This document shows, piece after piece, positions 38,200 to 46,462 of a stretch of 64,000 bases of DNA. This stretch comes from Mayamaea pseudoterrestris. Lineage: Eukaryota. The first letter of the stretch is position 1. Every line of letters begins with the position of its first letter. The stretch spans positions 1-64,000 of the forward strand of contig BROI01000007.1 in NCBI GenBank assembly GCA_027923505.1, in the 5' to 3' direction. The position numbers and the translations under genes were made by a program. The notes beneath the pieces were generated by a model. The model had not been told where the DNA came from, did no database searches, and worked only from the letters and a program-made list of their open reading frames with translations.

Positions 38200-41100
38200 A
38201 TGGCGGAAACTCGCGCGCAGAAAGACGCGGCGTTTGCGCATGTTTACGAAGAGAACGTAGGCGTTTTCCAAGATCCTCAGTTCAAGGAGTTATTCGACGA
38301 ACTCGGAGTAGAATCGCTTACGCAATTGATCGAGATGGAGTACGACGATTTCGCGACGAAGTGGAACGTCACGACGACGACAACGACGACGACTGACGAT
38401 GGCGACAATGTCACGCAGGAAACGAGCGAACACTCGCTAACGAAGATGAAACAACGCACGATCACGAACGCGATCGAATGGTATTTGGCGCAAGAGTCGC
38501 CGGACATCAAGACATGGTCGCAACTGACCACCGAAACGCTGGCGACGTTCGTCACAGCACGAGCGAAGGAACGAGTCCAAGCGCGCAACATTGCGAGCGT
38601 GGGCAGCGGAAGCGGAGCGAAACCTCCAGCGAAGGAAAGCGAAACGGAATCCAAGAAGGACGAATCCAAGGACTCCACGCTAACGAACGAAGGCGACGAG
38701 TCGAAGCCCGACTCGGCCGACAAGGTGCCACCGACGAGCGTGGACGTGGACACGAAGCAGTCACCGACATCCGTACTGGACCTCGGCGACGACGAAGACG
38801 ACGAGAAGTATTCAGACCAATTTACGAAGTCTATCAAGTTCTCGGCGAAGGATTGTAAAGAAATGAAGCTGGATTCCTCGTGGAAACAGTGGATTTCCGA
38901 GTTGAAAGTCATCGCTACATTGCACGACTTCCACGAAGTCTTTGACGACGATTATGACCCGAAGGAAAAGGGACCGAAGGAACAGAAGGCGTATGCAAAG
39001 AAGAATGTGTTTGTATACAGGATCTTTCTCACGCACTGTCGAACTCCGTCTGCATCACTCGCAGTACAGCAGTTCAAGAAGACGATGGACGGACGCGAAG
39101 TCTACCAACGATTGCGAACGCGATACGAAGAAGGCGCTACTGCTCACATCGAGAAGGAACGCGCGCGAACGGAACTGCAGGGAATGCGGCTGACCGAGAA
39201 GTGGTCACGGCCGACGATCGAATTTCTCGCACTGTTCTACAAGAAAGTCATCTGGCTGCTCGAAATGGACGCAGAAGCTCTGACAGGTTTACAACGATAC
39301 GACATGCTACGCGACGCTTTCTCTGAGCACACTGGATTCAGCGCCTCACTAGCAGGTTTTGACGGAATGATTGCCATCAAGAAACACATGGGGCAACACG
39401 ACTCGGAAGACAATTTCGCGCAGTTGTACGCGCACTTAGAAGAGTGCTGCATCAAGTATGACAAGAAACACCCATCGACGACGAAGACTAAGCGCACAAT
39501 CAATCAAGCGCAGTCTAGTGGAACGAAAGGAGGCGGCGGCGGCAATGGCGGCGCGACTCCAAGCGGCTTATCGGCGGAACGATTTGCAGCGATCATGAAG
39601 AAACCTCACGCGAGCGTGAAGGATGAAGTCTGGTTGGAGATGAAGTTCGATCAGCGAAAGCAGTTGAAGGACAAGCGTGCGACGGCGCCCAAGACACCCG
39701 AAAACGGATGGCGACCGCGCAACCAACGAGGCACGGCTACGACGCAGACGCAAGTCAACGCGGCGCATCAAGAGCGTCACGCGACGGAATCTGTAGCGAA
39801 CGATCACGCAAGCGTTCCTGGCACGATTAATATTCAGCCAGGCAATAGTGGAATGTCAGTCCAAACGGCTGCACGATCGGTTCTGCAAGCGAACAATGCG
39901 AGTACTACAACTCAGCAAGTGACAGGATCGTTGACGACTGATAACACCGGACGAGGTACATTCAGCTTCAACATGCATCGTCGTATGCGCGTCAATCGCG
40001 CACACTACGAGCGGATCAACGAAGGCGCGCTCATCGACAGCGGCGCGAACGGAGGCTTATGCGGAGGAGACATGCTCGTCGTTTCGGAAACGAACGCCGA
40101 GGTGGATGTGACTGGTATTGACGATCATATTGTCCCAGCTCTCAAGATTGGCACTGCAGCTGGACTGGCAAAGACCCTTAGTGGCGAAACCATTCTGCTT
40201 TTGTGTCACCAGTATGCTTTAAAGCGAGACGGACCGACGATTCATTGCCCGAATCAATTGCGCGCAATGGGACATCGCGTCGACGATATTCCGACCATGT
40301 TTGGCGGAACGCAACGAATTACGACGAACATTGGAGGCTACGTTTTGCCATTGGCAATTCGCGATGGCCTGGTGTACTTGGACGTGACGAAACCCACGTT
40401 CGATGATTTGGATAAGTATCCGACCGTCATAATGACGTCGGATGTGCCGTGGGACCCGACTGTTTACGATGTCGAGCACGCGCACGACGATTTCGACGAA
40501 CGCGATCACGATTATGGATCTTTCGACGAACGATTCGACGATGACGGTATCACGCACCGCAATCGTCACACGCCGACACGCACTGGCGACGAACTTGACG
40601 TACTGATCAATCGGTGCGTGCGACACGCTCAGTTTTCACGCGTTAATTTGCGGAAGCTAAGAAGCAAGGAACCGGACTATAATGCTCTTCGGCCGTACCT
40701 CGGATGGGTCCCGACTGAGCGCGTTCAACAGACTTTACGTCACACAGAAGCATGGTATCATCTCAGCGAACATCCGCGATTACCATTTCGACACCTCACG
40801 AAATCACGATTTCCGGCCGCGAACGTTCAGCGGTTGCGCGAACTATTCGCCACGGACACGATACACTCTGACACGCCAGCTTTGGATGATGGAATTCTAG
40901 GGCATGGGGGAGCTACTAAGATGCAGCTCTTTGTTGGACGAGAAAGTTTTTACACGCGCGGCTACCCGATGAAGTCGGAAAGCGAAATGTCAAACGCGTT
41001 AGAGGATTTTATCCGCGAAGTGGGCGCTCCTAACGGACTGCTCAGCGACAATGCCAAGTCGGAGACTGGCAAGGCTGTGAGGGATCTCTGTCGGATGTAC

Positions 41101-43992
41101 AATATTCCTCAAGTGACCACAGAACCGGGTCATCCAGAACAAAATCCATGCGAACGTCACACGTCGCACATTAAGCCAATGATGGAGAACCTCCAACGAG
41201 ATTCGGGTTCGCCAGGCCATTGCTGGGTTTTGCTGATTAAATTCGTAATCATGATACTGAACGTCCTCGCGACGAAATCGCTGGGATGGCGCACGCCAAC
41301 GGAAGTTGCGTTCGGAAATTTGCCGGATATTTCGCCTTTGTTACATTTCAAGTGGTGGGAACCGGTCACGTTTGAGGCGCAGGGGAGTTTTCCCTCGGCG
41401 GTACGATCTGGCAACGGCCGATTCGTGGGCATCGCAGAGAATAGCGGTCCGCACATGACTTTTCTCGTTCTGACGGACGACACGCTTCAGGCGATTCCGC
41501 GCTCCAACGTGGTCTCGCGCAGCTACTTGTTACCACGAGAGTTGCCTTCCTTCCCTGAGTCTGGAGGGGAGATTTCTGAAGAAGCTACACGCGCAAGCGA
41601 GCGAAATTTTGAAACTCCAGATCTCGCGACAGGACGCTACCATAGCACGAATGCGACAGAAAGTAGTCACGACAACTACGAAGGAAACGACGACGAAACG
41701 ATTCCGATGGCGAACCACGCCAACGTACCAGCGAAGTTCTTCAGAAGGGCTGAGCAAGAATCAGGGAATAAATGCCCTCTGTTCTCTCCAAGCGAACTCA
41801 TCGGACGCACGTTCGTAAGGGAACACGAAAACGGTCAGAAAATGCGAGCGACTGTATGCGAATATATCGAAGTACGCGATAACGAGCTACTCGAAACGAC
41901 GAAAGGTTTCCTGATCCAGATGGGAGAGGAGCCAGCGAAAGACTTAATAAGTTACAACGAACTGTCGGATTTAATCGAACGACAGATGGACGAAGATATA
42001 CGAAACGATCCGGCGACTCAGTGGGTATTCACGAAGGTAATCGGACACGAGCTTAATTTGAAACCGAACGATCCGACATACAAAGGAAGTTCAAGTAACG
42101 TTCTCGTCGAATGGACCGACGGAACGACGACGTGGGAGCCTCTCGCGATCATGAAGAAGGACGATCCGATAACGATCGCAGAGTATGGACTCAAGCACGG
42201 CTTACTCGACAAGCCAGGATGGAAGCAGCTGGAACATTACACTCGGAAGCGAAAGAAGTTTCGACAGATGGTGACAGCAGCGAAACGAAAATCGAAAGCA
42301 AACGGCGTACGCTACAAATTCGGCGTAAGGTTGCCGCGCAATTATAAAGATGCGAAAGCTCTCGACGAGATCAACGGCAACACGCTGTGGACGGATGCGA
42401 TTCGAACGGAATTAAATCAGATAAATGATTACGACACGTTCGCAGATCAAGGAGTCGGTAAGGTTATGCCGGCGCCGTGGAAACGAATAAACGTGCACAT
42501 GATATTCGATGTCAAGCACGATTTGCGACGGAAAGCACGACTCGTCGCAGGAGGACATATGACAGAGCCGCCGAAGGATTCAGTTTACTCGGGCGTTGTG
42601 TCATTGCGAAGTCTACGAATGGTAGCGATGTTAGCGGAACTCAACGGTCTGGAACTGTGGGCAGCTGACGTCGGCAACGCATACTTGGAAGCGAAAACGA
42701 AAGAGAAGGTTTATATCGTGGCGGGTCCGGAGTTCGGAGAGCTTGAAGGTCACACGCTCACGATCGTGAAGGCACTATATGGTCTTCGCATGTCAGGCGC
42801 ACGCTGGCACGAGCACTTTGCAGACACGCTCAGCGACATTGGCTTCACGCCATGTATCGCAGAACCGGACGTGTGGATGCGCGATAAAGGCACGCACTAC
42901 GAATACGTTTGTGTGTATGTCGACGATTTAGCGATAGCGATGAAGAATCCGAAGGAACTAACGGATCTTTTAATTGAGAACTACAACTACAAGTTGAAGG
43001 GCGTCGGTCCATTGGCATATCATTTGGGCGCAGACGTTTGGCGAGACGACGACGGCGTACTCTGCTTCGGAGCGAAGAAGTACGTCACAAGACTACTAGC
43101 GAACTACAAAGAAATGTTCGGCGAGGAACCGCGACCGCAGACAAGTCCACTACGCGACGGCGATCATCCGGAACTCGACGAAACGAAAGAACTTGACGAC
43201 GACGGAATTGCGAAGTATCAATCGATAATTGGTGCGTTGCAATGGGCAGTAAGTTTATGTCGATTCGACATTCACTGCGCTGTCATGACTATGGGGAGAT
43301 TCCGAGCTGCGCCACGAGCGGGGCACTTGGAACGGTTGAAGCATATTTGCGGATACTTACGACGATACCCGGATGGAGCGATTCGATTCAACGTTTCGAT
43401 TCCAACGGACGAGCGATACGCGACAGTTGACAAGATGGATTGGGATTACAGTGTGTACGGCAAGATCTGCGAAGAGCTTCCGTGGAACATGCCCACGCCG
43501 CGCGGCAAGGCGGTGCGAATGTCAACGTTCGAAGATGCGAACCTGTACCACGATTACACGACGGGACGGGCAGCGATGGGCATGCTACACATGTTGAATG
43601 GAACAGTCGTCGATTGGTTTTCGAAACGCCAAGCGACGGTCGAGACGGCGACGTACGGCTCGGAGTTTGTAGCAGCGAGAGTGAGCACGGAGCAGATCAT
43701 GGATCTTCGCTTCACGCTACGCATGTTGGGAGTTCCGCTCGACGGACCTTCATGGATGTTTGGAGACAACAAGTCGGTAACGCAAAGCAGCAACCTACCG
43801 CACTCTAGTCTGACGAAGCGACACAATGCACTGGCATTTCACCGTGTACGCGAAGCGATTGCGGCGGGAATTATTAATTTCAACCACATCATGGGAACGA
43901 CAAACCCGGCGGATGTACTTACCAAGTTTCTTCCACGGGCTACGGCAAGCAAGCACTTAAAGAACCTGCTCTTCAAGGAATCTAACTATTAG
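38200..43992 (+). CDS. Gag-Pol polyprotein (1930 aa from the first ATG): gag, aspartic protease, integrase, chromodomain-like module, RT, RNase H
   Basis: LIDSGANGG (PR); ATDT..SDNAK..QNPCE (IN DDE); VLVEWTDGTTTWEP (chromo-like); RKARLVAGG, ADVGNAYL, KALYGL, YVDD (RT); FEDA, TVETATYGSE, GDNKS, PADVLTK (RH). IN precedes RT, the copia order. Confidence 0.97.
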   Translation: MAETRAQKDAAFAHVYEENVGVFQDPQFKELFDELGVESLTQLIEMEYDDFATKWNVTTTTTTTTDDGDNVTQETSEHSLTKMKQRTITNAIEWYLAQESPDIKTWSQLTTETLATFVTARAKERVQARNIASVGSGSGAKPPAKESETESKKDESKDSTLTNEGDESKPDSADKVPPTSVDVDTKQSPTSVLDLGDDEDDEKYSDQFTKSIKFSAKDCKEMKLDSSWKQWISELKVIATLHDFHEVFDDDYDPKEKGPKEQKAYAKKNVFVYRIFLTHCRTPSASLAVQQFKKTMDGREVYQRLRTRYEEGATAHIEKERARTELQGMRLTEKWSRPTIEFLALFYKKVIWLLEMDAEALTGLQRYDMLRDAFSEHTGFSASLAGFDGMIAIKKHMGQHDSEDNFAQLYAHLEECCIKYDKKHPSTTKTKRTINQAQSSGTKGGGGGNGGATPSGLSAERFAAIMKKPHASVKDEVWLEMKFDQRKQLKDKRATAPKTPENGWRPRNQRGTATTQTQVNAAHQERHATESVANDHASVPGTINIQPGNSGMSVQTAARSVLQANNASTTTQQVTGSLTTDNTGRGTFSFNMHRRMRVNRAHYERINEGALIDSGANGGLCGGDMLVVSETNAEVDVTGIDDHIVPALKIGTAAGLAKTLSGETILLLCHQYALKRDGPTIHCPNQLRAMGHRVDDIPTMFGGTQRITTNIGGYVLPLAIRDGLVYLDVTKPTFDDLDKYPTVIMTSDVPWDPTVYDVEHAHDDFDERDHDYGSFDERFDDDGITHRNRHTPTRTGDELDVLINRCVRHAQFSRVNLRKLRSKEPDYNALRPYLGWVPTERVQQTLRHTEAWYHLSEHPRLPFRHLTKSRFPAANVQRLRELFATDTIHSDTPALDDGILGHGGATKMQLFVGRESFYTRGYPMKSESEMSNALEDFIREVGAPNGLLSDNAKSETGKAVRDLCRMYNIPQVTTEPGHPEQNPCERHTSHIKPMMENLQRDSGSPGHCWVLLIKFVIMILNVLATKSLGWRTPTEVAFGNLPDISPLLHFKWWEPVTFEAQGSFPSAVRSGNGRFVGIAENSGPHMTFLVLTDDTLQAIPRSNVVSRSYLLPRELPSFPESGGEISEEATRASERNFETPDLATGRYHSTNATESSHDNYEGNDDETIPMANHANVPAKFFRRAEQESGNKCPLFSPSELIGRTFVREHENGQKMRATVCEYIEVRDNELLETTKGFLIQMGEEPAKDLISYNELSDLIERQMDEDIRNDPATQWVFTKVIGHELNLKPNDPTYKGSSSNVLVEWTDGTTTWEPLAIMKKDDPITIAEYGLKHGLLDKPGWKQLEHYTRKRKKFRQMVTAAKRKSKANGVRYKFGVRLPRNYKDAKALDEINGNTLWTDAIRTELNQINDYDTFADQGVGKVMPAPWKRINVHMIFDVKHDLRRKARLVAGGHMTEPPKDSVYSGVVSLRSLRMVAMLAELNGLELWAADVGNAYLEAKTKEKVYIVAGPEFGELEGHTLTIVKALYGLRMSGARWHEHFADTLSDIGFTPCIAEPDVWMRDKGTHYEYVCVYVDDLAIAMKNPKELTDLLIENYNYKLKGVGPLAYHLGADVWRDDDGVLCFGAKKYVTRLLANYKEMFGEEPRPQTSPLRDGDHPELDETKELDDDGIAKYQSIIGALQWAVSLCRFDIHCAVMTMGRFRAAPRAGHLERLKHICGYLRRYPDGAIRFNVSIPTDERYATVDKMDWDYSVYGKICEELPWNMPTPRGKAVRMSTFEDANLYHDYTTGRAAMGMLHMLNGTVVDWFSKRQATVETATYGSEFVAARVSTEQIMDLRFTLRMLGVPLDGPSWMFGDNKSVTQSSNLPHSSLTKRHNALAFHRVREAIAAGIINFNHIMGTTNPADVLTKFLPRATASKHLKNLLFKESNY

Positions 43993-44600
43993 GTATGACT
44001 TGAGGGGAGTTGCAGGATGCGAACGAAAACAGCGAAAATCGGGCAAGTCACACCGAATGTCCGATAGGGTGACACAGCGGCACTCGCGGCTCACCACAGC
44101 CTCACGATCGCGTGATGCGTGGCAGCGACGGCTTCGAAGCGATTCAACGAGCATATTGCTGAAACTAGTGCGATATAGAGTAGAAACAAGCAGACTTACT
44201 AAGCTTGAAGAGTTAAGAAAGCGATTTATTCGTCTCTCGTATTGTAGCAACTGCAAGCTTGGATTGGCCATCCAAGGACAGCTACAAGCGAAAGGTGCAA
44301 CGATTTGATTTACAAGTTACAACCTCCTTCGTTTGGAAGCGACTCGCTCACTCAGTTTTGGTCCCGCGGCAATTTTTCCAACGGAATCAAATTCCCTGCT
44401 TTCTTGTGGTTCTCATGACATCTTGCTGGTTGCAATGCAACGCCTCCTTGGTCCCGCGAATCCAGCGCAAAAATGGTGATGCCATGAAAATCGATGTAAA
44501 AACCCGGAAACCAAGGAACCGCGCTTTTTAGCATGGGATGTGGCACGACCCAGTTCAATCCAGTCCCGTGATCACCCGCTCGCGCGAGTGACAAGAAGAG

Positions 44601-45095
44601 CGGCCAGTCCTTTGTCCTAGCCGACATACCGGCTTGCTGTCATCCAGCCCATCTAGGCAGCTAGCTAGTTGGAGAGACGAGTTGGTGTTAACAGGCAGTT
44701 TACTTGCCAGCCCCCCCAGGCCCAGTGTCGCGAGGGTGGGTGAGGAGGGTGAAGCTTATGAGACTATCTAATGAAGTACTGGAACTGCTTGACTCGGATG
44801 TCTGCAGTTGACTTCGTGCAACAGAATGAGGAGACGAGAATCGACGTCGCGAGGCTTTCGCCGCGCGGAGCGTAGGCCGGGGTATCAGGTAAAGTCTCGA
44901 GTAGGTGCATGTGCTTCTTGGTGTTCAATTGTCCGGTGCGGCTTTCTTCCCCCTGCACCGGAATGACGGCCAGTCCTTTGTCCTAGCCGACATACCGGCT
45001 TGCTGTCATCCAGCCCATCTAGGCAGCTAGCTAGTTGGAGAGACGAGTTGGTGTTAACAGGCAGTTTACTTGCCAGCCCCCCCAGGCCCAGTGTC
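44601..45095. repeat. ~129-bp direct repeat pair (44601-44729 and 44967-45095)
   Basis: CGGCCAGTCCTTTGTCCTAGCCGACATACCGG...CCAGGCCCAGTGTC occurs twice. Confidence 0.85.
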
Positions 45096-46315
45096 ACTCC
45101 AACAGCCTCCCATTTCGGAGGAAGTCTGAGAAATCAGGCCCGCTTATCTTGTGTGTTTTGGATTCCTTCAGTACCGACTCGATGTCCTTGATGATGGTCA
45201 GCTTAGGAATGCCGTGGTAGGCGATCGTCGGGGAGTGACTTGATGGCAGCGATGACTGGAAGCTTCATGAACTGTCGTTGTTGGCCGGTCTTCTGCTTGT
45301 ACATGCTTTATGGCGAGTTGTCTTCGCGTCATCTTCGCGTGACATTAGGTCCGTCGGGAGGATCATCTTCGGCGGCGGTCATGTTGTTGATTGATTGGTG
45401 CGGGATGAATATATACCGCGAGAATAATCAAGTGTGTCGATTCTATCCGGCGATCTTACTAATTCGACTCGGTCTTCAATTCTCTGTGTGTATGAAGCCT
45501 AGGAAATGAGCGAGGGATGTCCGCGCCAATGTGGGCGAGGAGCAGCGGGTGGTCGTCACCAGCGCCGAGAGAAGTTGATTGTAAGACCAAGACTGTGTGA
45601 TCTGACACGATGCAAGTTCCAGTTCGTGCGGCTGCAACGATTCCTCACCCTCTGTGAGTCGGTTTCCAAGTGGCGGGATGATCAGTCCTTTACCTTGGTT
45701 TATCCTACAGGGTCTTATCTCTAAAACACTAGTTGATTAAGCAGTTCTCTAGAAAGTGAGTTGATTTACGATCGGTCGAGCGGTGATCAGATGGCTCTTT
45801 CAAGACCATTCCTGATAGTGAATACTAATCTTAGACTGTCGTGCCTGCGGCTGGCACACATGCAATATTTCAATGGCGTAGTTGTGAGGATGCTTTGTTG
45901 GTGCTCTGCACTAGCATCTTCGGAACAGAAATCCAAGAGGCATTTTACTATTGGAGAGTAACTACCACAACACAGATGTTGAGATCGACCAAGGAGCAAC
46001 TTTTGCAGGATGCGAACGAAAACAGCGAAAATCGGGCAAGTCACACCGAATGTCCGATAGGGTGACACAGCGGCACTCGCGGCTCACCACAGCCTCACGA
46101 TCGCGTGATGCGTGGCAGCGACGGCTTCGAAACGATTCAACGAGTATATTGCTGAAACTAGTGCGATATAGAGTAGAAACAAGCAGACTTACTAAGCTTG
46201 AAGAGTTAAGAAAGCGATTTATTCGTCTCTCGTATTGTAGCAACTGCAAGCTTGGATTGGCCATCCAAGGACAGCTACAAGCGAAAGGTGCAACGATTTG
46301 ATTTACAAGTTACAA

Positions 46316-46329
46316 GATTAACAGTCTTG
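46316..46329 (+). promoter_or_regulatory. Putative primer-binding site GATTAACAGTCTTG (complement of a tRNA-Asn GUU anticodon arm)
   Basis: Adjacent to the 5' LTR; the reverse complement is CAAGA-CTGTTAA-TC. Confidence 0.78.
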
Positions 46330-46462
46330 AGACTCATTGCCTCGGCATAGAGACTTTATCGACGAAGAGTACTATTGATTTACGAAGTAACGTGGACGCA
46401 CGTTGGTTCTTGGCCCGGAAAGTTCCGCAGGTGATAGCAAGAACATTGTCACGACGACAACG

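Larger units (their letters stand above)
37739..44321 (+). mobile_element. Full-length, apparently intact Ty1/copia (CoDi-like) LTR retrotransposon, F1 copy 2 (6583 bp)
   Basis: 311-bp LTRs at 37739-38049 and 44011-44321 (TG..CA, one mismatch seen), PBS at 38051, PPT GAGGGGAG at 44002-44009 and a single long ORF. No matching TSD. Confidence 0.98.

Noticed and set aside
38277..38912. 211-aa antisense ORF in gag (and equivalents in other copies)
   Set aside because: A Ser/Val-rich shadow of the biased codon usage on the coding strand.
43957..44308. ~100-aa ORFs on both strands of the F1 LTR
   Set aside because: There is no recognisable motif or consistent ATG start; they recur only because the LTR is repeated.
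46311..46329. tRNA gene
   Set aside because: Only an anticodon-arm complement is present, with no D arm, T arm or acceptor stem; it is interpreted as a PBS.
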